The notes under the pieces were generated by a model. It was not told where the DNA came from. It was given only the letters and a program-made list of their open reading frames with translations, and ran no database searches. Source: Desulfarculales bacterium UBA702 (GTDB taxonomy: Bacteria > Desulfobacterota > Syntrophobacteria > Syntrophobacterales > Syntrophobacteraceae). Taken from it: a stretch of DNA of 64,000 bases. The stretch spans positions 51 through 64,050 of the forward strand of contig DBMI01000041.1 of the NCBI GenBank assembly GCA_002298165.1, written 5' to 3'. Below, piece by piece: positions 27,177 to 35,609 of this stretch (within the stretch, counting starts at the first letter, position 1; each line of letters starts with the position of its first letter). The translations under genes and the position numbers were made by a program.

Positions 27177-28844
27177 CTAAATGTCTGCTGGGCTTATGGC
27201 CTGGGGAATATCTTTCAGTATCTCCCATCGCGCGCCTTCGAGGCGATATCCCGTACCCGGTCCTTTGTAGTCGTTAGGATCATTTACCGCGCTCAAGACA
27301 TCGAAGTTACCTTCGAGAATGGCAGATGTATGTAGATAGTCGCCGGTGATTTTTTGTCGCAGTATTCCGAGAACTGCCTCGGCGACATCCGTGAAACCAT
27401 TCTTAGCCAGTGCTCGCACAACATCCAGACCGTTGCCGCCCCGTTTCATGAAAGCGTCGATCGAGCTGAGGTCCTCGGTCGTGTTCCGGTCGGGAACATC
27501 TCTTGACCCATGAGCATAGGTCACCGCTTCGACCTCCTCATCGGTCACCGACGGCAGGCCCAAGTCCCTGAAGACCGCCTGAATGGCTCTGGCACCCTTG
27601 TTGCGAATCATAATTACGTCCTCCTCCTTGACCGGGATGCAACCCCCGTCGATCTGGAGGTCGCGCTGGAGGACGAGGTAGTCGTCATAATCATCGCAGT
27701 CGTGGGTCGAGCCCGCAAACATGTTGTCATAATTGGGGACACTACTGTAGCCGGAGAATATGAGGTCGGTGCCGGGAAGAAACTGCATGAGCATTCGGGC
27801 GGCATTGCGAATTGGCGAGTGGGTGAAGGTCTGGTCGTTTCCCGAGGCAACCTCCAGGTCCATCAGCACGGTCGCAACGTTCTCGCCAAGGACAGCGCGA
27901 ATACCCGAGGGCACCGCACCAGGAACTCCAATGCAGCTTATGGAGCCGTTCTGAAGACCCTGAACGCCTGCTCCCTTCGCCACCATTACACAACGGATTT
28001 CGAGATAAAGCATCGACTTGCCTTCAGCGTACCCCATCTGCACTTCCGAACCCGTACCGGACGTGAAGCGCATCTTGAGTCCACGCGATGCATAAGCGGA
28101 AGCCAGAAAAGCTTTGGACCACGGCGTATCATCGCCATCCACGAAGACCTGATCGGTCCCGTAAACGGAAACCGTTTCAGCATATGCAGTAAGTCCGCGC
28201 ATGCCCATACTCAGTTCCAGAGCTTCCTCGACGGCGCATTGGGTAATTACGCCGGGCCGGCCCGTCTGGGAACCAACGAGAATGGACAGAGCATTCATCG
28301 GAGCATATCGTCCTACACCGACGGTGGTTTCCAACTCGCTGAATCCCCTGAAAGCGGCTTCGGCGGCATCAGCGGCCAGGAGTACCGGGTGATCCTTCAA
28401 GTTTGTCACATGAGCCTGGTTGGACGGCGTGCGACGCGGCCGCATTTTCTGCATGGCCATCATCATCTCCACGACGTTCAGCTTCTTGATTACGTCCAGT
28501 ATTTTGGCAGGGGTCATGCCAACGGAGAGCCGGACAATTTCAGAACGCGGAACATTGATGTCCACAAGCATCCGGGCAAATTGAAGAGAATCCAGCGCCA
28601 TTGCTTCCTGGGCAACCGAGGTGTCAATGCAGTGATCGGCGATCCATGTATCGATCATGTCGAAGTCGGGACGTTTTTTTCCGTCCAGTTCCGCGACTTT
28701 GCCGTCCTGTATACGGATTCCCGGCTTGGGGTCATTGGGGTTTTCCATGGCAACCAGGCCGACCTCAACCCATTCTTTGATGAAGCCGTCCTTGTTGACG
28801 GGACGTTCTGCCAACACTTGAAATCTTTTCTGTCTTTTACTCAT
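27177..28844 (-). CDS. pduC: B12-dependent diol/glycerol dehydratase large subunit
   Basis: 555 aa. MSKRQKRFQVLAERPVNKDGFIKEW... and full-length PduC/DhaB1-like sequence. Confidence 0.92.
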   Translation of the reverse strand: MSKRQKRFQVLAERPVNKDGFIKEWVEVGLVAMENPNDPKPGIRIQDGKVAELDGKKRPDFDMIDTWIADHCIDTSVAQEAMALDSLQFARMLVDINVPRSEIVRLSVGMTPAKILDVIKKLNVVEMMMAMQKMRPRRTPSNQAHVTNLKDHPVLLAADAAEAAFRGFSELETTVGVGRYAPMNALSILVGSQTGRPGVITQCAVEEALELSMGMRGLTAYAETVSVYGTDQVFVDGDDTPWSKAFLASAYASRGLKMRFTSGTGSEVQMGYAEGKSMLYLEIRCVMVAKGAGVQGLQNGSISCIGVPGAVPSGIRAVLGENVATVLMDLEVASGNDQTFTHSPIRNAARMLMQFLPGTDLIFSGYSSVPNYDNMFAGSTHDCDDYDDYLVLQRDLQIDGGCIPVKEEDVIMIRNKGARAIQAVFRDLGLPSVTDEEVEAVTYAHGSRDVPDRNTTEDLSSIDAFMKRGGNGLDVVRALAKNGFTDVAEAVLGILRQKITGDYLHTSAILEGNFDVLSAVNDPNDYKGPGTGYRLEGARWEILKDIPQAISPADI

Positions 28845-28860
28845 TGGCAGCCTTCCTTGG

Positions 28861-29667
28861 TCAGATATAGGGTTGAGTTACAGGCTTGGCTTCCTGGCCC
28901 CATGCGGACAACAGCTTCACCCCTACTTCCCGCCCGGCTATTACCGCCTGCCGCACAGCACCCGAATCGCCCGACACCCAGATCATCACTTCATTGGTGA
29001 GGCTTGTCCCCTTCGAAGGCGACGCGTATCCCACCACTTCCACATCGGCAGCCTTGACGGCCGTATCGATCATCAGAACGCCGATAACGGCAGGCGCGCC
29101 CAGAATGAGTCCAAAAGCCTTCCCTTCGGGGGTGTTGAATACCTGATTGAGGCACCGGCTAGCGCGGGCCGTGTATTGAAGTTCAAGGTGGCCCTGATCG
29201 TTCGCGTAGACGTCTCCAAAATACTTTGGCAGTACCTCGAGGGTGACTTCGACGGCGCGTCGGGCATCCGATACATCTTCTGCTCCGAAGATGATCAGAT
29301 TTCCGTGTCCGGCCCCGCCTTTTGTGTCCCTGGGCATCTGAACCGAAAGTATGTCAGTGTTTGTCGCCTTCACGGCTTCATCTGCCGCCATTATATGGGG
29401 CCCCGCTCCGACACGGCCTCCAATGACACCGATCGAACGGTATTTCCCGTCTATCCCCATTAAATTGTGAATGCAGGGGTCAAGATTGGCTATGACGATG
29501 CCCTGGGTTTCCCCCATGCCGATGCCTACAAATTCCGTCACCTGTACCAGATCATCACGGCAGGCCGCCGCCGGGCCATTTTGCCTGGCCTCCTTCGTGC
29601 CTTCTGGAGCAGACCCCACCCTTTTCATTACTTCTTTCATGACTCTGTCGATCAGTTCCTCTTGCAT
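28861..29667 (-). CDS. pduB: BMC-T tandem-domain shell protein
   Basis: 268 aa. N-terminal helix ELIDRVMKEVMKRV, then VTEFVGIGMGETQGIVIANLDP. PduB-like, and sits in the pduA-pduB-pduC position. Confidence 0.85.
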   Translation of the reverse strand: MQEELIDRVMKEVMKRVGSAPEGTKEARQNGPAAACRDDLVQVTEFVGIGMGETQGIVIANLDPCIHNLMGIDGKYRSIGVIGGRVGAGPHIMAADEAVKATNTDILSVQMPRDTKGGAGHGNLIIFGAEDVSDARRAVEVTLEVLPKYFGDVYANDQGHLELQYTARASRCLNQVFNTPEGKAFGLILGAPAVIGVLMIDTAVKAADVEVVGYASPSKGTSLTNEVMIWVSGDSGAVRQAVIAGREVGVKLLSAWGQEAKPVTQPYI

Positions 29668-29694
29668 CGGATATCACCTCCCGCTCGCATCCTG

Positions 29695-30006
29695 CTAAGG
29701 ATGAGCTTTTGTGATCGATTCACCGGATTCCGTCAGTTGGGGCAGAATCATTTCGACTTCCTGGTGAGGCCTTGGGATCACATGGATCGAGATCACCTCG
29801 CCGACTTTCTGGGCAGCGGCGGCGCCTGCATCAGTGGCGGCCTTTACCGCGCCCACGTCTCCCCTCACCATTGTGGTTACAAGGCCGGCCCCTATTTTCA
29901 CATAACCAACCAATTGGACATTGGCTGCCTTGACCATGGCATCAGAAGCTTCGATCATCGCAACCAGGCCTCGTGTTTCTATCAATCCCAACGCTTCCTT
30001 AGTCAT
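29695..30006 (-). CDS. pduA: BMC-H hexameric shell protein
   Basis: [56 protein letters not shown]. Confidence 0.92.
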   Translation of the reverse strand: MTKEALGLIETRGLVAMIEASDAMVKAANVQLVGYVKIGAGLVTTMVRGDVGAVKAATDAGAAAAQKVGEVISIHVIPRPHQEVEMILPQLTESGESITKAHP

Positions 30007-30083
30007 CAGAGTTCTCCTGTTTTCGATTGTTCACTATGAGGAAAATGTTGCCCGGGGGCGGCTTTTCAAGCCCCCGGGACCTG

Positions 30084-30584
30084 TTAGGCATTTTTGACGG
30101 CGGCTTCTTCTTCGGATTTTGCCTTGAACCATCCCGGGGCTGTTGCGGAGAGAATGCCGGCGCAGTTGCCGATCACCATGCAAACTGCCGTATTGATCAG
30201 AGTGTCGGTGATGAGGCCCTGATGAGCACCGAGATTGCCGAAAAAGACCGCTGCTCCGACAAATTGGGCAGGTATAGCGGAGAGCATCTTGATATTCCCC
30301 TCGATAGTCATGACGAAGCAAAACACTCCTATCCAGGCGGACAAAAGGAGCATGCTGCCTCCACCCAATTCCTTCCATGACCAGAAGAAAAGCGCACCCT
30401 GTATCATACCGGCGAGATTGGCGGCAATGGATTTGCTCAGCGCATCCTTATTGCCTCCGGCGAAGTAGAAGCTGGCCCATGCGGCGTATCCAACCCAAGC
30501 GACCAGCCATGCCACCTGGGTAGTGATAAAGAACCACAATCCGCAGAGCACACCGATACTGATGGATATGGGCATGAGAGCCAT
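30084..30584 (-). CDS. small polytopic inner-membrane protein, DUF1097 (YcdZ-like)
   Basis: 166 aa, about 5 TM helices. Resembles my recollection of E. coli YcdZ (W.G..A...YFA.G). Directly abuts the gldA stop codon. Confidence 0.5.
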   Translation of the reverse strand: MALMPISISIGVLCGLWFFITTQVAWLVAWVGYAAWASFYFAGGNKDALSKSIAANLAGMIQGALFFWSWKELGGGSMLLLSAWIGVFCFVMTIEGNIKMLSAIPAQFVGAAVFFGNLGAHQGLITDTLINTAVCMVIGNCAGILSATAPGWFKAKSEEEAAVKNA

Positions 30585-31691
30585 TTACAATCCTTTCCTG
30601 TAATCTTTGGCGAGTGCATCAGCCGTCCAGATTGCGGCTTCAACCTTGCTGGCCGTCACCTCAAACCAGGTGGCATGAATAGTTTCACCCGGGGCGGTTG
30701 TCGCTTCAGCCACCTTGCGTATTTCCTCGGGGGTGGGGTTATGAATTCCCAGATCATCGAGGCAGACTGGCAGTCCGACCGAGATGCAGAAATCCAGCAC
30801 CTCTTCAATTTCATCCGAGGAACGTCCCTCCATGATCAATTGGGTAAGGGTACCGAACGCCACTTTCTGGCCGTGGAGTTTATGATGAGAGGCTTCCAGA
30901 ACCGTAAATCCGTTGTGCACCGAATGGGCGCCCGCAAGACCGCCGCTTTCGAACCCGAGGCCGCTTAACAGCGTATTGGCCTCCACAATGGCTTCCACGG
31001 CTGGTGTGACCATGTTTTTCTCGACCGCCAGCTTCGCCTGTACGCCATATTCCAGCAAAGTCTCGTAGCAAAGGCGGGCAAGCGAGTGGGCAGAGCGGAA
31101 TGGAGGGCATCCGCCGGTGAGCACATTCGGCTTACAGCTCTTGAAGCAGGTGTCGGCCTCCCAGTAGGTAGCCAGGGCGTCCCCCATGCCCGAAACCAGG
31201 TATTCAGCAGGAGCCTTGGCAACGATACCAGTGTCTACCAGCACGCAATCGGGATTTTTTGGCAGAACGAGATAGCGCTCGAAGACCCCGTCATCGGTAT
31301 AGACAACCGAAAGAGCGGAACACGGGGCGTCCGTGGCGGCGATTGTGGGGATAACCACCACGGGGATTTTCATGTAGTGGGCTACTGCTTTTCCGGTATC
31401 GATCACCTTGCCGCCACCGGATGCTATAACAACGTCACACCCCTCTTTTTGCGCGATCTCCACCAGACGGTTAATCTCATTGGTCGAGCACTCACCATTG
31501 AAGAGTTCTTTGCGGCATGAAACACCCTTTTCAGCTAGACTTGACTCGATGGCCTGGCCGCATACGGACATTGCTCTTTTTCCGGCCGTGAAAAGGGCCT
31601 TGGTTCCAAGCCTTGCCGCATTAACGCCTATTTCGCTGATTGCGCCCTCTCCCTGAACGTAACGACTTGGTGCGATCAATATCCTGCTCAT
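30585..31691 (-). CDS. gldA: glycerol dehydrogenase (Fe-ADH superfamily, GldA type)
   Basis: Near full-length match to recalled E. coli GldA: PTIAATDAPCSALSVVYTD, GDALATYWEA, GFESGGLAGAHSVHNG, HGQKVAFGTLTQL. Confidence 0.9.
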   Translation of the reverse strand: MSRILIAPSRYVQGEGAISEIGVNAARLGTKALFTAGKRAMSVCGQAIESSLAEKGVSCRKELFNGECSTNEINRLVEIAQKEGCDVVIASGGGKVIDTGKAVAHYMKIPVVVIPTIAATDAPCSALSVVYTDDGVFERYLVLPKNPDCVLVDTGIVAKAPAEYLVSGMGDALATYWEADTCFKSCKPNVLTGGCPPFRSAHSLARLCYETLLEYGVQAKLAVEKNMVTPAVEAIVEANTLLSGLGFESGGLAGAHSVHNGFTVLEASHHKLHGQKVAFGTLTQLIMEGRSSDEIEEVLDFCISVGLPVCLDDLGIHNPTPEEIRKVAEATTAPGETIHATWFEVTASKVEAAIWTADALAKDYRKGL

Positions 31692-32096
31692 CCTGTTTTT
31701 CTCCTCTTTGTTAAAGTTGTGGGTTGGGGATAAACCCGGCTGACAGGTAAATCCTCCCGGCCAGGCACCTCACGGCGGCCCGGCCAGAAATGTTTGGGGC
31801 AAAATAGAGGCGGCACAATAGATCCTTTTCAGGTCAGTCAACCATGGCGGAGTCACAGTTGATGCATATCGAACCAAAAGTGCCGAAACTCTTGTGAAAA
31901 GAGGGAACAGAAACTGGTTGCAGCGGGAAATTTGGTCAGGGTGCGCTTGGTGCCTTCACTCTTTCGGGACTCCGGAAAGCGTCTTATGGATTTGGTGAGG
32001 ATATTAAACCGGAGAGGGGAGAAAAAAGAAATCCCCCTACAGAGGGGAAAGGCTCCCTCAAAAGGGGGATTAAAGGAGTAGATCCGTCAATGGAGT

Positions 32097-32729
32097 TTAA
32101 GAAAGAAGCTGCTTCTTTGCGGCAATCGAAGTGGCTTCTACGCGGTTTTTTACTTGCAGTTTCTGATATATGCTCTTGATATGGCTTTTTACCGTTTCGA
32201 TGCTGATAAAGAGCAGGTCGGATATTTCCTTATTGCTTCGGCCCTCCATGATCGCCTTTAGTATGTCTTTTTCCCTGTGGGTAAGCGGTTCGGGCGGTTC
32301 CGCGCAATCGTCCGTTTTGTTCTTCAGCGCGAGGTTTGCCAGGAAAGGGGAGACGATCTCCTTTCCTTCGAAGACAGAACGAATAATCTTCGCGAGTTGT
32401 GAGACATCCACGCATTTGAGGAGGTAACCATTCGCCCCTGCGGCCATTGCTTCAGTGATGTATTTTTCGTCGTCATGAGTCGATAACATAAGAATCTTCA
32501 TGTCGGGGACGGCTTTGCGCAGAATTCGAACAGCCCGAATGCCCGAAATCCCCGGCAAGTCCACATCAATTAATGACAAATCCGGTGGATTGTCCTGGAT
32601 TTTTTCCACTGCGCTGAAACCATCGCTTGCTTCCCCGATGACTTTCAGACCATCTTCCTGATCCAGCACAATTCTCAAGCCGATGCGAAAAAGCGGATGG
32701 TCGTCGACTAGAAAAATGTCCATGAACAT
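32097..32729 (-). CDS. NarL/FixJ-family response regulator (receiver + LuxR HTH)
   Basis: IFLVDDHPLFR, DLSLIDVDLPGISG, and C-terminal LTHREKDILKAIMEGRSNKEISDLLFISIETVKSHI. Confidence 0.9.
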   Translation of the reverse strand: MFMDIFLVDDHPLFRIGLRIVLDQEDGLKVIGEASDGFSAVEKIQDNPPDLSLIDVDLPGISGIRAVRILRKAVPDMKILMLSTHDDEKYITEAMAAGANGYLLKCVDVSQLAKIIRSVFEGKEIVSPFLANLALKNKTDDCAEPPEPLTHREKDILKAIMEGRSNKEISDLLFISIETVKSHIKSIYQKLQVKNRVEATSIAAKKQLLS

Positions 32730-32836
32730 CCTCCCGACAAGTGCACCGGCTTAGCCTTCAGAAATCAGGGTTTGAATGGAAGACTCCCCGAACTGATCAG
32801 CGCCGGATAATTTCAGCGGAGCGGGTACTGCCGGGA

Positions 32837-34531
32837 TCAGCCCGCCCGGCAATTACCGTGCGCGGGCAATGTGAAACAAAACCTGCAGCCGCTCTTACCC
32901 TTTCTGGTCTTTTCCATCACCGGGGATACTATCCAGATCCTGCCGCCATGAGCTTCGACCGCTAACCTGCAGAAGGCAAGCCCCAGACCTGTTCCTTCAC
33001 GGGATGGGACTCCGCCTGCGTTGATGGTAAAGTACTTATCGAAAATGGATGATTGATATGCCTTAGGTATCCCGGTGCCCTCATCTTCAACACTCACGAG
33101 GACTTCATCTTTCCGGTGTCCTTTGCCAGCTTCTCGCGCCGCCCTGGAATTTCCTGCCTGAAGCGCACACACTTCGCCCTGTTTTTCTATCCTGACAATA
33201 ATCCGGCTTTTCTCCGGGCTGTATTTGATGGCATTATCCAGAAGATTTACGCAAGTTCGGCGAATCCGGCTCTCGTCGATATTGACGTTGATAGGCTCAC
33301 GCTGTGCAACGAGTTCTAAAGTAATGCCCTTTTCCTTCGCAAGCAGTTCGAATTGACTCAGGCCTTCCTCCACGACCCGTTGAATCGCAACTCGCGAGCG
33401 TTGCAGAGCGAACTGTCCATTCTCGCTACGGTAGATGTCCAGTATATCACTCACCATGCCGTATAATTGATGGCAGGTGAAAAGGGCCAGGTCCACGACT
33501 TGTTTCTGATCCAGGCTAACCGACCCGCAAAACCCGTCCGAAATTATCTGAAGTGCCCGCTGCAGCGACAGCACGGGATTTCTCAAGTCATGGGTTATCA
33601 TGCCGATCAGGTCTTCTTTCATCCGCTCGATCTGTTTTTCCTCCGAAATGTCCCTGATAACACCCACGAAGCCAGCACTGGCTTCACGTTTATCATTTAT
33701 GGCGGAAAAGCATACCTGCACCGGAAATGAGGAACCGTCTGCCCTGACGGCGGTCAAATCGGTGCGAACCTTGCCGGGCAAAGCCCTGAATGCACCCTCA
33801 TGATGAGCGGCTTTGTACTGTTCTTCCGCAAAAAGCACATTGATTGGTTTTCCAACTATCTGGTCCGGCTTGTATCCAAACATCGCAGCGCCTGCTTGAT
33901 TAACCATGCCGACCGTATCATCGGCGCTGATGGAAATGATGCAATCCGAAACGCTGTTGACCAGCCTCGAGAGGTAGCGTTGAGATCTCTTTTGGGCCGT
34001 ATACTTCTGAAGAGCCAGTTCGCCGATCGTAACAGTGATCTCCGACATGAGGTTGACAACTTTGAGAAGCTTTTCGCGGCTCATCAACGGGATTTTAGCG
34101 AGTTCCCGCAGATAACCGTCAATGTCTTTGATGCCAATCGATCTGGCTCTCTCGATTGCCTGCTTCTCATCGGTCACGGGATTTTCCAGCACCTGGCCGC
34201 AAAGAACCGTAGCCAGATGATGCCCCTCGATTATCAAGGGAGCTGCACAATCAGTCAGGCCGGAATTCAGGCACTGATAAGTGAAAGGAGCCTGTATGCT
34301 AGCGGATTGCGAGCCTCCATAGTGATCGCTCTCAATACATTTAGCCCTGCCCTTTGCTGTGGCGCGGCAGTAGGTCTGGCAAAATGGCGTGAAATTGCAG
34401 GGCAGGGTAATCGGATGGCCGTCCGGGTAAGTGATAATGGAGGCAACTCCGGCAACTTCAGTGAAAACCTGAAGAATCCGCTCAAGTTTTTCCCTGCTGA
34501 CAAGGTCAAGCAGGTGAATCGGACGCGCCAT
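32837..34531 (-). CDS. soluble sensor histidine kinase with N-terminal PocR domain and a PAS domain
   Basis: PocR-type pattern (ASIITYPDGHPI..NFTPFC..C..SD..YQCLNSGLTDCAAPLIIEGHHLATVLCGQV), then PAS. H-box ITHDLRNP, N-box DNAIKYSP, G-boxes DEGTGIP and GTGLGL. Confidence 0.85.
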   Translation of the reverse strand: MARPIHLLDLVSREKLERILQVFTEVAGVASIITYPDGHPITLPCNFTPFCQTYCRATAKGRAKCIESDHYGGSQSASIQAPFTYQCLNSGLTDCAAPLIIEGHHLATVLCGQVLENPVTDEKQAIERARSIGIKDIDGYLRELAKIPLMSREKLLKVVNLMSEITVTIGELALQKYTAQKRSQRYLSRLVNSVSDCIISISADDTVGMVNQAGAAMFGYKPDQIVGKPINVLFAEEQYKAAHHEGAFRALPGKVRTDLTAVRADGSSFPVQVCFSAINDKREASAGFVGVIRDISEEKQIERMKEDLIGMITHDLRNPVLSLQRALQIISDGFCGSVSLDQKQVVDLALFTCHQLYGMVSDILDIYRSENGQFALQRSRVAIQRVVEEGLSQFELLAKEKGITLELVAQREPINVNIDESRIRRTCVNLLDNAIKYSPEKSRIIVRIEKQGEVCALQAGNSRAAREAGKGHRKDEVLVSVEDEGTGIPKAYQSSIFDKYFTINAGGVPSREGTGLGLAFCRLAVEAHGGRIWIVSPVMEKTRKGKSGCRFCFTLPAHGNCRAG

Positions 34532-35096
34532 AACCCATCCTGTATTCGAGTTGCCCTATCGGTCAGACGGTGTAAAACAGGAACGGCCGGAAAGAGAATG
34601 AATTTGAAACCACCTGCCAGACAGAACCGAAAGTGGGACGAAAGCGTTATGGGCCTGCAAAAATGAAGGGAATAGAAGAGCAGATGCTAATTCGAGCTGA
34701 CCAGCAAATCTGATTTGAGGTACCAAAAGGGTTGAGCCTGGCAGCTATTCAAAATGCGAATTGAAACCAAACCTTATTTTCATTCTGCCCGAACCTGAAT
34801 TGATAGTCAAGTCTTTTGCGAATTTGAACACAAGTTGCTTCGCGCCCGGATAGAGAGCCGGTATCCAGGGTCCGGGATCCGAAGCAGCGTGAAAATGCGA
34901 GAGCCAGGCATGGCGGAGGGCAGTTCCCCAAACCTGGCTCTCGGCTAAATTTATTAGCAGCAAAAGGTCTAACAGACTAATCGGCGATAGAGCGAATTTC
35001 CTAAACAAAAATTTTCCTTGGTTGGCGCTCGACTATTCTGTTGAAGCTAAAATCTACTCTTTCTTGCTTGCTTCTGCAGTTGGCCAGGGGCTGGGC

Positions 35097-35450
35097 TCAT
35101 CCTTTGGAGGGTTTACGTTCACAGTTGGGATCGCGCAGCTTCAAAATAGCGGCTCTCTGGAGTGCCTGAAGTTCTCCTTTTAGCCTTCCCACTTCCGACG
35201 CCATATTGCTTCCCGAAAGACTGGAAACCGGAACACCTAGCAGAATGACTCCGGCAATATCATTTGAGCGGCATTTCCTCTTAGCATCAGAAGCGGAGGA
35301 AAGGGCAGCTACCAACCGCGGCTGTTCTTCGGCTAATTGGTCGCATGTCCAACTTCTGTAATACATTTCGCTGATATAGGAGGGTTTAATGTTCTCTGGA
35401 GACGTAGCACAGCCGGCCAGGCATACGAGAGAGACAAAATCGGTGGGCAC
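35097..35450 (-). CDS. small lipoprotein, unknown function
   Basis: Lipobox LAGCA near the N-terminus. GTG start; 117 aa. Confidence 0.45.
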   Translation of the reverse strand: MPTDFVSLVCLAGCATSPENIKPSYISEMYYRSWTCDQLAEEQPRLVAALSSASDAKRKCRSNDIAGVILLGVPVSSLSGSNMASEVGRLKGELQALQRAAILKLRDPNCERKPSKG

Positions 35451-35558
35451 GAAAAGCCGTGCCCACCCTACATTCCCTGATAATTCACCAGGTTGAGAAC
35501 CGAAGCCAGGTAGATACCATCTTGAGAATCAAGGCGGTATCTACATTCTCACGCATAC

Positions 35559-35594
35559 AAAAAAAGGGGCCACGGTACATTTACCGCAACCCCC
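35559..35594 (-). terminator. rho-independent terminator of tRNA-Arg
   Basis: On the minus strand GGGGTTGCGGTA-loop-TACCGTGGCCCC (12 bp including G:U pairs) followed by TTTTTTT, 15 nt after the tRNA 3' end. Confidence 0.7.
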
Positions 35595-35609
35595 TTTGGT
35601 TTCTCTGGT

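Noticed and set aside
27510-29000. 496-aa ORF on the plus strand across pduC/pduB
   Set aside because: It is antisense to two very well supported genes, and its translation is Arg/Gly/His-rich with no motif. This is a typical shadow ORF.
31860-31960. Sigma-54-type GGCAC...GC elements (minus strand) and a cobalamin-riboswitch-like AGGGAA...GGT stretch (plus strand) upstream of gldA
   Set aside because: The GG-to-GC spacing is 8-10 nt rather than the required 12. The riboswitch-like string is on the wrong strand for the operon and lacks the B12 box.
34532-35096. Search for an integrase or its remnant next to the tRNA, including ORF 34745..35008 and the 16976..17373 gap
   Set aside because: No tyrosine-recombinase-like motifs (R..HxxR..Y context) appear in any frame I read. 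The ORFs are short and featureless, so no mobility gene can be claimed.
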